From Cellulosilyticum sp. I15G10I2 (GTDB taxonomy: Bacteria; Bacillota; Clostridia; Lachnospirales; Cellulosilyticaceae): 32,000 nt of DNA. The stretch covers positions 132,364 to 164,363 of the forward strand of contig NZ_FMMP01000015.1 of NCBI RefSeq assembly GCF_900095725.1, written 5' to 3'. Positions 17,465-25,832 of this stretch are shown piece after piece (positions within the stretch are counted from its first letter, which is position 1; each line of letters starts with the position of its first letter). The notes beneath the pieces are model-generated. The model made no database searches. It saw only the letters and a list, made by a program, of their open reading frames with translations, and was not told where the DNA came from. The position numbers and the translations under genes are program-made.

Positions 17465-17674
17465 ATGAATATACTCTATTTACAACAGATAAGAGAGAAA
17501 AAAAAACTTTCTAAGGTGCAATTAAGTTATCAATCAGGCATTGCGAGAGGCTATATTACAGAACTTGAGAATGGAAAATATGATAATCCTAGTGTGAAGA
17601 TAGTATGTAATCTATGCAAGGCTCTAAAAGTCACACCAAACGATTTAATTAATGAGGATTTGTATAAAAGCTAG
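17465..17674 (+). CDS. small XRE-family HTH protein (Cro-like)
   Basis: 69-aa ORF after AAAGGAGA, with HTH LSKVQLSYQSGIARGYITELENGK. It is divergent from the repressor gene. Confidence 0.8.
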   Translation: MNILYLQQIREKKKLSKVQLSYQSGIARGYITELENGKYDNPSVKIVCNLCKALKVTPNDLINEDLYKS

Positions 17675-17750
17675 ATAGAGAATGATGAGAATATATTCTA
17701 TTCTTAAAAAGATTTTACTAAAGAATACAATGTGAAAGAGGGGACACATA

Positions 17751-18194
17751 ATGAAAAAATACAAAGAGATAGAAGATATGTTATATGGATACAATGATAT
17801 CAAAGCGGAGATTAGGGATATTGAACTGGATATAGAGTCATTTGAAAATGAATATACAGGGCTAAGTGCAGGCTGCCTTACAGCTATCAAAGCAAGTACA
17901 AGCACTTACAAGTTTAATAGCATAATAGAAAATGAAGTTATTAATAAGGAACAAAAGTTAAATTATCTTAAAAAACTAAGAAGAGGCAAAGAAATACAGC
18001 TAGAAAAAATAGATAATATGCTGACTATGTTGACAGAAGAACAGTCGGAACTGATAGAACTTAGATATTTTAAAAAATATAAAATAAATACGGTAGCTTA
18101 TAAATTGGATGTAAGTGAAGAAACAGTTAAAAAAAACAGGGTAATCATACTTAATAGACTAAATGATTTTTTATATAAGCGGAGTTATACCTAA
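17751..18194 (+). CDS. late-gene activator with a sigma-70 region-4-like C-terminus (Xpf/ArpU/RinA-type)
   Basis: 147 aa. The C-terminal LTEEQSELIELRYFKKYKINTVAYKLDVSEETVKKNRVIILNRL is a region-4-type HTH. It sits between the switch and the structural operon, like PBSX xpf (pcf). Confidence 0.6.
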   Translation: MKKYKEIEDMLYGYNDIKAEIRDIELDIESFENEYTGLSAGCLTAIKASTSTYKFNSIIENEVINKEQKLNYLKKLRRGKEIQLEKIDNMLTMLTEEQSELIELRYFKKYKINTVAYKLDVSEETVKKNRVIILNRLNDFLYKRSYT

Positions 18195-18395
18195 AAAATA
18201 CCCTATTTTTATATTTTTAGTGTACTGAAAAATACCATTTAGAAGTGATACTATGTTAATGTAGACAAAAACAAATATTAACAGCTAAAATTTTAGTTTT
18301 GTCTTTTATAACTATACATAAGACCTAAAAGAATGGAGTAGTAACAATTCAAATGTGATGCAACCACCTAAAAAGCGTATTGGAGGAAAAGTAAA

Positions 18396-18869
18396 ATGAA
18401 AAAATTATTAGTTGATTTAGGAATAGATCAAGAAATCATTAAAAAAATCATAACAGGTATGAAGCGAGCTAAAGTTTACACCACCTCATTAGAACGAGCT
18501 GATGAGCGATATACTAAACTAAAAAAGCAATATGAACTGTTAAAAAAACAACTAGAATTAGCTAATTCTGAAATAGATAGATGGCAGAAGCTTAATGACT
18601 ATAATGAAATTCTAAAGGCTGAAATAGATGCCTATAGAATGAAGATAGACACAATAAAAATAGACTATGATTCCCAGCTATGCAGTCTTATTTTTGACAA
18701 TGCCCTGAGCAAAAAGCTCGAAGATTTTGATGCTAAATATCATCAACTGCTAATAAACGCATTCAATAAAGATAAACTAGTGTTGGAGGAAGATGGATCT
18801 ATTAAAGGCTTGGATGAGCAATATGAAGCAATCAAAGCAAAGTATGCAGAATTTATTATTACAAGTTAA
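18396..18869 (+). CDS. coiled-coil protein resembling phage GP20-type scaffolding / minor structural proteins
   Basis: 157 aa after a GGAGG SD. It has an N-terminal LGIDQEIIKKI helix, a long coiled coil, and C-terminal DKLVLEEDGSIKGLDEQYEAIKAKY. This is the pattern I associate with PF06810 proteins, from memory and not from a search. Confidence 0.4.
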   Translation: MKKLLVDLGIDQEIIKKIITGMKRAKVYTTSLERADERYTKLKKQYELLKKQLELANSEIDRWQKLNDYNEILKAEIDAYRMKIDTIKIDYDSQLCSLIFDNALSKKLEDFDAKYHQLLINAFNKDKLVLEEDGSIKGLDEQYEAIKAKYAEFIITS

Positions 18870-18939
18870 GCTAATCAACTAAGATTCTAAGAGCTTTAAT
18901 AAAAATAAATATAGCAGGAGAATGGGGTGAATAACCAGT

Positions 18940-19365
18940 ATGATTAGTCAAATTAAGTCATGTATTAGGACAAAGTTACAGATACTGTATCCACAGACAC
19001 CAATATATGATATAGAAATTCCCTCAACTTCCCAAACACCGTCATTTCTAATACAACTAAAAAGTCAAACCTATAAAAAGTTGTTAAACACTAGATTTAG
19101 CAGCTTTTTATCATTTGACATTACTTATTCATCTGATATAGCACAGGATAAAGTGGCTATAGATTTGATTCAATTAACTCTTTTAAAAGAGTTTGATCTA
19201 TTGGAGCAAGATAATTTTAAGGTGAGAATCAAAAATAAGAAGTGTAGCCTGGAAGAAGGAAAAATACACTTTGCATTTGATATCAGCTATACAGAAATGA
19301 TAGAAGAGCCATTAAATCGTATGAGAGATATAGAACAATTTGAACTAAGGAGTGATGTAAAGTGA
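18940..19365 (+). CDS. putative tail terminator / collar protein
   Basis: 141 aa, immediately upstream of the sheath gene with a GTGA stop/start overlap. The N-terminal pattern LQILYPQTPIYDIEIPSTSQTPSFLIQL resembles Firmicutes 'phage tail terminator family' proteins. The call rests on position plus motif. Confidence 0.5.
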   Translation: MISQIKSCIRTKLQILYPQTPIYDIEIPSTSQTPSFLIQLKSQTYKKLLNTRFSSFLSFDITYSSDIAQDKVAIDLIQLTLLKEFDLLEQDNFKVRIKNKKCSLEEGKIHFAFDISYTEMIEEPLNRMRDIEQFELRSDVK

Positions 19366-20408
19366 GTGGAACATGGACTTCACAAAATAAAGTATTACCA
19401 GGGGTATATATTAATTTTTTGACTAATAAGCCACTTTCGATTATGCCAGGGGACCGTGGGACTGTAGCTTTGGCAGTGGAGTTAAGTGTAGGAGAAAAAG
19501 GTGATTTATATTATGAGACAGCTACATCGAGCGAACTTAAAGAAAAAGCACCGACAGCAGCAGACTATGAACTAGTGACTGAAGCACTTAAGTGTGCACA
19601 GTCTGTTATCGTCTATAATTTAGGTGTTTCACATACCATAGAGGACTTGGACGCTTGCCTAAATGTTTTTAAAACAGAAGATTTTAATGTATTTGCTTAT
19701 CCATTTGACGGAGACAACTTTGCAGCAAATAAAGCGACTGTTACTTCATGGGTAAAAGCTCTAAGAGCAGATGAAGGCAAATATGTACAGGCTGTTTTAG
19801 CTAATTATAAAGCAGATGATGAAGCTATCATAAATGTAGTTAATGGGGTTAAACTTTCGGACAATAAGATTTTATCAGCAGCACAGTGTACAGCTTGGGT
19901 AGCCGGAGCGACTGCTGGTGCTAGAATCAATCAGTCTAATACGAACAAAAAATATATAGGAGCTATAGATGCTGCACCTAAAATGACAAAAACTCAGATG
20001 GAAGCAGCAGTTAATGCTGGTGAATTTATCTTTAAATCTGACTTTAACCAAAATGTAACGGCAGTGTATGATATCAACTCGTTTACAACTTTTACAGCAG
20101 ATAAAGCAAAAGACTTTAGAAAAAACAGGGTAGTTAGAATTATTGATAATGTCAATAATGATGTAACAAGCATCTTCGAAGCCAGCTATATGGGTAAAGT
20201 AAATAACAATGATGAAGGCAGAAGTCTTTTAAGAGCAAGCCTTATTGATTATTTCAAGGAGCTTCAAAGACTACAGGCGATTCAGAACTTTACGCCGGAA
20301 GATGTAACAGTCTTGGCAGGGGCGGACACAGATGCCGTTATTATCAATAGTTATATTCAGCCGGTAGACAGTGCTGAGAAATTCTATATTACAGTGAACT
20401 TAAAATAA
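19362..20408 (+). CDS. contractile tail sheath protein (XkdK-like)
   Basis: N-terminus GTWTSQNKVLPGVYINF matches the XkdK-type sheath start. It is 348 aa and lies directly upstream of the tube gene. Confidence 0.85.
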   Translation: MSGTWTSQNKVLPGVYINFLTNKPLSIMPGDRGTVALAVELSVGEKGDLYYETATSSELKEKAPTAADYELVTEALKCAQSVIVYNLGVSHTIEDLDACLNVFKTEDFNVFAYPFDGDNFAANKATVTSWVKALRADEGKYVQAVLANYKADDEAIINVVNGVKLSDNKILSAAQCTAWVAGATAGARINQSNTNKKYIGAIDAAPKMTKTQMEAAVNAGEFIFKSDFNQNVTAVYDINSFTTFTADKAKDFRKNRVVRIIDNVNNDVTSIFEASYMGKVNNNDEGRSLLRASLIDYFKELQRLQAIQNFTPEDVTVLAGADTDAVIINSYIQPVDSAEKFYITVNLK

Positions 20409-20420
20409 GGAGGATAAATC

Positions 20421-20897
20421 ATGGCAGATAATTATGTAAAATTAGTGGACACAATATCTTCTAAAGAAGGCAAAGCATTTATTACAATTAATGGACAAAA
20501 CAGAGAACTTTTTGAGATATCTAACTGCAAAGCACAGTTGGATATGAAAGTACAAAGCAGACAGATGCTGGGGCACAGAATGGCTCAGCACAAGATTGTC
20601 GGAGCTGAAGGTACAGGAAGCATGACAATGTATTTTATGAACTCAGATATGCTGAAATTAGCTATAGAGTATATCAAAAATGGAACTTATGGCGGAATCA
20701 AGTTACAGATTAAGAATGAGGATGCACAAAGCAGTATCGGCAAGCAGGAAGTCATTCTAAATAACATCATACTTGCAACGATCCCGGTAACGGTGCTTGA
20801 TGATCAATCAGAAGATCCGATCACGATTGATACGGACTTTACATTTGATGATATCGAAGGGTTGTCATTTTTTGATTTGCCTGCAAATTTTAGATAG
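20421..20897 (+). CDS. tail tube protein (XkdM-like)
   Basis: 158 aa after AAGGAGG. SSKEGKAFITINGQNRELFEISNCKAQLD...GHRMAQHKIVGAEGTGSMTMY...FTFDD runs parallel to B. subtilis XkdM block by block. Confidence 0.85.
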   Translation: MADNYVKLVDTISSKEGKAFITINGQNRELFEISNCKAQLDMKVQSRQMLGHRMAQHKIVGAEGTGSMTMYFMNSDMLKLAIEYIKNGTYGGIKLQIKNEDAQSSIGKQEVILNNIILATIPVTVLDDQSEDPITIDTDFTFDDIEGLSFFDLPANFR

Positions 20898-20988
20898 AAG
20901 GCGAGGGCCTGGTGGCCCTCTTTTAAAGAATATCAATAAAAGAGGATTGAGTAAATTATAAGCAAAACAAAGGAAGGATAAAAAGTCA

Positions 20989-21387
20989 ATGAAAAGTTTA
21001 AAGGCATTTTTAAATCCAATTCAAGTAGAAAATCAAAAAATTATAGTATCTAAACGTTTTTTAGAAGACGGCAAACCCGTTGAGTGGGAAGTAAAAGCTA
21101 TTACGAGTGAAGAAAATGAATACCTTCTTAAAAAGCATATGAAAAAAGACAAAAAAGGAAATGAAACGTTTGATAAGTTAGCTTATATGAATGAAATGGT
21201 GGCAAGCTGTGTGGTTTATCCAGACCTGCTCAGTGCAGATTTACAGAAATATTATGGTGCAATGGGGGCGACTCAGCTTTTAAATAAAATGCTTCTAGTC
21301 GGTGAATTTGCAGTATTATCACAAGCTGTACAAGAAATTAGCGGATTACAGACAGAAAATGAGTTAATTGAAGAGGCAAAAAACTAA
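20989..21387 (+). CDS. tail assembly chaperone, short product (XkdN-like, gpG analogue)
   Basis: 132 aa with FLNPIQVENQKIIVSKRFLEDGKPVEWEVKAITSEENE, an XkdN-like pattern. It lies between the tube and tape-measure genes. Confidence 0.75.
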   Translation: MKSLKAFLNPIQVENQKIIVSKRFLEDGKPVEWEVKAITSEENEYLLKKHMKKDKKGNETFDKLAYMNEMVASCVVYPDLLSADLQKYYGAMGATQLLNKMLLVGEFAVLSQAVQEISGLQTENELIEEAKN

Positions 21388-21578
21388 TAAAGGAGAGTAA
21401 TGTCGAGTTTGTAATCGCTCATTATGCTCTCCAGAAGCTACATATAGTGCCTTCTCAAATAGTCAATATGACAGCAAGAGAAAGGGCATTTTTTTATGCC
21501 TCTATTTTGCATAGGATTGAGGCCGAAAAGAAAGAACAGGAAAAACTGAAACGTATAAAAAGTTCAAGGAGGAGGTGA
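20989..21578 (+). CDS. tail assembly chaperone, long -1 frameshift product (gpGT analogue); join(20989..21384,21384..21578)
   Basis: The -1 frame is open from the slippery site to TGA 21576-21578 (64 codons: LIKESNVEFVIAHYALQKLHIVPSQIVNMTARERAFFYASILHRIEAEKKEQEKLKRIKSSRRR). It has no SD-preceded in-frame start codon of its own and ends 5 nt before the tape-measure ATG. Confidence 0.55.
21378..21432 (+). promoter_or_regulatory. programmed -1 ribosomal frameshift signal (slippery heptamer plus downstream hairpin)
   Basis: A AAA AAC sits at 21378-21384, in X XXY YYZ register with the chaperone frame and one codon before its stop. After a 7-nt spacer comes a hairpin: GGAGAGTAATG (21392-21402) pairs with CATTA..CTCTCC (21420-21432) with a 2-nt bulge, plus an inner 3-bp extension. 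Confidence 0.6.
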
Positions 21579-21583
21579 TTTAA

Positions 21584-23584
21584 ATGTCAGTACAAAATAA
21601 TATGGCGGTTATTAATAATAAAGCTATTTTATTAGCTGAACAATACAATACAAGCATTAAAAATGTAATTAATGTTTCCAAGCTCTTTGAAAAAAACATA
21701 AACAACATAAATAATACAACCAATCATTTTAATATTCAGTTAGTTAATGCGTCAAATATTACAAATAATTTTAATAATGCCTTAAGTAAAACAGCCAGTA
21801 AAGTGAGTATCTTTGATAAGATGAAAGACAAACTAAAAGAACTCATATCTGTCCAGACCATAGTTAAAAAGGGATTTGAGTTGATGGGTAAAGGCTTAAA
21901 CACAGCCACAGAACTGCAAAAATCAGAACAGTTAATCGGCGCAGTATTAGGTGATACTAAGGTTGGATCAAGGTTATTTAATCATATATCTAAACAAGCA
22001 AAGGGATCTTCCTTAAGTATTGATGAGATGGCTGCCAATACCCAAAAGTTTTTGGGGGTGACACGAAGTGTTGAAGACATAGATCAGCTTAATAGTATGT
22101 CTGAGAAGCTTGCAAAATTAAATATAAGCGGACAGGATGCCAAGGGAGCAGGAGATGCCTTAAAAAAAGCTATGCAGGGAGATTATTCAGATTTAACTAA
22201 AAGCTTTAATATAGACGCAGGGGCGATAAAAGGCAGTGGGCTTGAGAATGCTGTTAGTATGGGGAATATGGCAGAGGCTGTAGACATTTTGGATGATCTT
22301 ATAAGTAAATCCGGCTACTCCCAAGAGGCATTAGATAATATGGTAGGAAATTTATCTATTCAGTGGGGGATGTTTACAAAAAAAATATCAGAAGATTTCG
22401 GTGGTGCTATGAGAATAGTTGCCGATACACTTGCTCCAATAGTTACAAAATTTAATGAGTTATTAAAAAGTGGAGCTTTTCAGCCATTTATAGATATATT
22501 GGTTGGCGGGTTTAATCTCATTGCAATAGGCTTATCATGGCTTGTAAATGGGTTTATATGGCTTGGAGAAGTGATTGGTTCAAATTGGGATATTATACAA
22601 GCAGTGCTTGGCGGCGTCGCTGCGGCTTTAATGGTTATAGGTGTTACATATATCCCCATGCTTATAGGCAAGTTATGGATGATGATACAACCTTTATTAG
22701 TGCAGGCTGCCACATGGATTATGATGAATCTGCCGATATTTATGTTTATTGCAGCAGTAGCCATTGTTATCTATATATTAGGGCAGATGGGTGTGACATT
22801 CGAACAGATTTTTGAAGTTGTAGGCGGGATATTAGGCGTATTTGTCGGATATTTTTACAATAGTTTTATATACCTGTGGAATATAGTAGCTGCATTTATC
22901 AATTTCTTTGGGAATGTCTTTAGTAATCCAGTAGCAGCCGTCCAGAAGCTATTCTATGATTTAGCTGTAAATGTTTTAAGCTTTATAGAAAAAATTGCAC
23001 AAGGCATTGAAGATTTACTTAATGGTATTCCTGGAGTTAAGGTGAGTCTCACATCGGGCATAACAAATCTTAAGAATAACCTGGCAGCTAAAGCAGGCAA
23101 AATAGCTGATGAAAATCAACTAAAGGAATTTGTAAAAAGTAAGGAGTTTGTTGATTACTCTGACGCATTTACCCAAGGAGCTAGTACAGCAGGAGACTTT
23201 TATAAAGGCATCAAAACAGGTTTGGGTAGTATCCTGCCGAATAGTTTAAGTATACAAGATGGTAATCTAACGCTACCTGGGTTAAATAATAAAGATAACC
23301 TGTCAGCTGGCAATCCATTTAATATGACGAACAACGAAAGTATACCGGTCAGTGGACCTAACGGCGGTAATGTACCTGTGGATGTGTCTGATGATGATGT
23401 ACAGTATCTTAAGGATATTGCGGAACGGGATTACATCAATAAATATTCATCGGCGACCCTAGCTCCTAATATTCAGGTGAGCTTTGGGGATGTTAAGGAA
23501 ACCGCTGATGTTGACAAGGTTGCTCAACGTATCCAATATATTTTACAGGAACAAATTGCAATAGCAGCAGAGGGGGCGTATTAA
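21584..23584 (+). CDS. tail tape measure protein
   Basis: 666 aa, the largest ORF of the module, after AAGGAGGAGGTG. It has an Asn-rich N-terminus, helical regions and a central block of 5-6 hydrophobic helices (22478-22933). It sits after the chaperone pair. Confidence 0.8.
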   Translation: MSVQNNMAVINNKAILLAEQYNTSIKNVINVSKLFEKNINNINNTTNHFNIQLVNASNITNNFNNALSKTASKVSIFDKMKDKLKELISVQTIVKKGFELMGKGLNTATELQKSEQLIGAVLGDTKVGSRLFNHISKQAKGSSLSIDEMAANTQKFLGVTRSVEDIDQLNSMSEKLAKLNISGQDAKGAGDALKKAMQGDYSDLTKSFNIDAGAIKGSGLENAVSMGNMAEAVDILDDLISKSGYSQEALDNMVGNLSIQWGMFTKKISEDFGGAMRIVADTLAPIVTKFNELLKSGAFQPFIDILVGGFNLIAIGLSWLVNGFIWLGEVIGSNWDIIQAVLGGVAAALMVIGVTYIPMLIGKLWMMIQPLLVQAATWIMMNLPIFMFIAAVAIVIYILGQMGVTFEQIFEVVGGILGVFVGYFYNSFIYLWNIVAAFINFFGNVFSNPVAAVQKLFYDLAVNVLSFIEKIAQGIEDLLNGIPGVKVSLTSGITNLKNNLAAKAGKIADENQLKEFVKSKEFVDYSDAFTQGASTAGDFYKGIKTGLGSILPNSLSIQDGNLTLPGLNNKDNLSAGNPFNMTNNESIPVSGPNGGNVPVDVSDDDVQYLKDIAERDYINKYSSATLAPNIQVSFGDVKETADVDKVAQRIQYILQEQIAIAAEGAY

Positions 23585-24258
23585 TGAGTTTTAATATATT
23601 TTTTAATTTTAATGAGGATGTTATGCGTCTACCGGTCAATCCACAGGAAATTAAGATAGATAATCCACAGGCTAATGAAAAGTATGAAGTTCTTAAATTG
23701 GGACAGATAGCTCTGCCAACGCACATGGCTAATAGAACCATTCAATTTGAAGCAGAATTTCCCAGTAAGACTTATCATTATGTAAATAATCAAAGAGGCT
23801 TTGATAAAGCGGGGAGCTTCAGAAATGCTAATGGATATCTTGAAATACTCCAAGAATGGCGGAGAAACAACAAGCCTATAGGTTTTAAAGTAAGTGATGG
23901 CATCAATGAAGAGATTAATACACAGATATTGATTGAAAGTATCACGATCACAGAAAAGGCTGGAGAAGAAGGGGATTACTATGTTGATTTCAAGCTTATA
24001 GAAACCGTCAATCTTATTAGGATGGAGGAGGTAAAGGAAGATCCTGTAACAGGGACAATAACCAAACAACAGGTAAAGGGAAATACAGAAAGCCCTAAAA
24101 AGCCGGAGAACTATACCATTGTAAAAGGTGATACATTATGGGGGATTGCAAAAAGGTTTTTAGGAGATGGAGCCAGATGGATCGAACTTCACAAGCTAAA
24201 TGCTACAATCAAAAATCCGAATCTTATTTATCCAGGGCAGGTGATTAAGCTCAGATGA
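23584..24258 (+). CDS. LysM-domain tail protein (XkdP-like)
   Basis: 224 aa with a TAATG overlap with the tape-measure stop. C-terminal LysM: YTIVKGDTLWGIAKRFLGDGARWIELHKLNATIKNPNLIYPGQVIKL. Confidence 0.8.
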   Translation: MSFNIFFNFNEDVMRLPVNPQEIKIDNPQANEKYEVLKLGQIALPTHMANRTIQFEAEFPSKTYHYVNNQRGFDKAGSFRNANGYLEILQEWRRNNKPIGFKVSDGINEEINTQILIESITITEKAGEEGDYYVDFKLIETVNLIRMEEVKEDPVTGTITKQQVKGNTESPKKPENYTIVKGDTLWGIAKRFLGDGARWIELHKLNATIKNPNLIYPGQVIKLR

Positions 24259-25196
24259 GTATACAGTTTTTAGTTACAAACAATATAGATCACAAATTAT
24301 ATGATATCACAAACTTAATTATAAAGATAACATGGACAGATGTACTTAATAATGGCTGCAGCAAGCTTGACTTTAGTCATATAGACGGTTATGCAGAAAT
24401 AGGCAATGGGTCGGTTATACAATTTCTATATGATAATCAAGTGTTATTTTATGGATTTGTATTTAAGACAAGAAGAAATTCCAAAAAAGAAATACAGGTT
24501 ACAGCCTATGATCAGCTTAGATATCTTAAAACCAAAGATTCAATTGTTATAAAAGATATGACATTGGGAGCTTTGATTAAAAATAGTTGTAAGTATTTCA
24601 ACCTTAAATGGGGGATTATAGCCGACACAAAATACAAGCTGATTCCCAGTATTCATACAGATAAAACCTGGCTGGATATTTTTTATAGCAGTATAAAAGA
24701 TACATTATTGGCTACAGGAGAAAAATACTGTGTACGAGATGAAGCAGGCCATATTGCTCTTCGCAATCTAAAAGAGTTGAATCTGTCTTTAGTAATAGGC
24801 GATAGTAGCTTATGTTACGATTATGATTATGAAAAGTCTATAGATGATGGAACCTATAATCTAATCGTATTGACTAAGAAGGATGAAAAAGAGCCTGTTA
24901 TCGCCAAAGATGAAGAATCCTTTAAGGCCTATGGTATTTTGCAGTATTTTGAATCAGTGGATCAAAATGTAAATAACGCCCAGCTTCAGGTAAGGGCCAA
25001 TGAGATGCTTAGATCATATAACCGTGAAAAAGAGACCTTACAGCTAAAATGTATTGGAGATACAAGGGTAAGGGCAGGTAATAGGATTTTTTCAAGTATG
25101 GAAGATCTAAGGATGAATAGGAGATTAGTAGTTGATAAGGTGACGCATACCTTTAAAGAAGGAAGTCATACAATGGATTTGGAGCTTATATTATGA
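24255..25196 (+). CDS. baseplate hub / late-control-D-like tail protein (XkdQ/YqbQ-like)
   Basis: 313 aa with an ATGA overlap. KLYDITNLIIKITWTD...FYGFVFKTRRNSKKEIQVTAYDQLRYLK matches the XkdQ pattern. Confidence 0.8.
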   Translation: MSIQFLVTNNIDHKLYDITNLIIKITWTDVLNNGCSKLDFSHIDGYAEIGNGSVIQFLYDNQVLFYGFVFKTRRNSKKEIQVTAYDQLRYLKTKDSIVIKDMTLGALIKNSCKYFNLKWGIIADTKYKLIPSIHTDKTWLDIFYSSIKDTLLATGEKYCVRDEAGHIALRNLKELNLSLVIGDSSLCYDYDYEKSIDDGTYNLIVLTKKDEKEPVIAKDEESFKAYGILQYFESVDQNVNNAQLQVRANEMLRSYNREKETLQLKCIGDTRVRAGNRIFSSMEDLRMNRRLVVDKVTHTFKEGSHTMDLELIL

Positions 25197-25453
25197 TTAA
25201 TGAGATTAAAAAAATAATAGTTAATTATTTAAACAGTGTAAAGATGACTCAACTGATGATTGGGAGTGTAGAAACGGTTAATCCGCTTTCAATTAAAATA
25301 GGGGATAAACTTATTATTCCTTATGAACTCATTACGGGTAACCAGAAGGCAAACCTGATACACTCTGAACAAATAGGGTCAAGGCTCAGACTTATATGTA
25401 ATTATGGAGGTCAAGAATATTTTATACTTGAGGTGATAAATGATGTTACCTAA
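25193..25453 (+). CDS. small baseplate/spike protein (XkdR-like, DUF2577-type)
   Basis: 86 aa with an ATGA overlap. GSVETVNPLSIKIGDKLIIPYELI is typical of this family. Position matches xkdR. Confidence 0.65.
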   Translation: MINEIKKIIVNYLNSVKMTQLMIGSVETVNPLSIKIGDKLIIPYELITGNQKANLIHSEQIGSRLRLICNYGGQEYFILEVINDVT

Positions 25454-25832
25454 TGAAGCTATAAACATACAAATAGACGAAACGCCTCAAACCAGCAATA
25501 CCTATAGACTGGGTATAGAAACAATACAAGGAATCATTGATGGCGTGGAGGCACTCAAGCAAGCTATCCAAAAGATATTAAATACAGAAAGATATCATTA
25601 TCCAATCTATTCCTTTGACTATGGACTAGATATGGAACAGCTGATAGGCCAGGACATAGAATATGTAAAAATAGCTGTTAAGGGACTCATCAAAGAAGCA
25701 CTTTTATATGATGACAGAATCAAAGATGTCACCAATTTTTATATTGAGAGTAACACCGATCAGCTGATATGTTCTTTTGATGTAATCAGTATTTATGGGA
25801 CAATTACAGCAGATAAGGAGGTGATGATGTGA
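25440..25832 (+). CDS. baseplate wedge protein, gp25/W-like (XkdS-like, DUF2634-type)
   Basis: 130 aa with TYRLGIETIQGIIDGVEALKQAIQKILNTERYHYPIYSFDYG, the XkdS pattern. It overlaps the upstream gene by 14 nt. Confidence 0.7.
   Translation: MMLPNEAINIQIDETPQTSNTYRLGIETIQGIIDGVEALKQAIQKILNTERYHYPIYSFDYGLDMEQLIGQDIEYVKIAVKGLIKEALLYDDRIKDVTNFYIESNTDQLICSFDVISIYGTITADKEVMM

Noticed and set aside
17678-17705. Terminator between the cro-like gene and the activator (12-bp palindrome AGAATATATTCT at 17688-17699 with duplicated GAGAAT/ATTCT arms)
   Set aside because: The stem is AT-only and weak and no U-tract follows. The two genes are probably co-transcribed.
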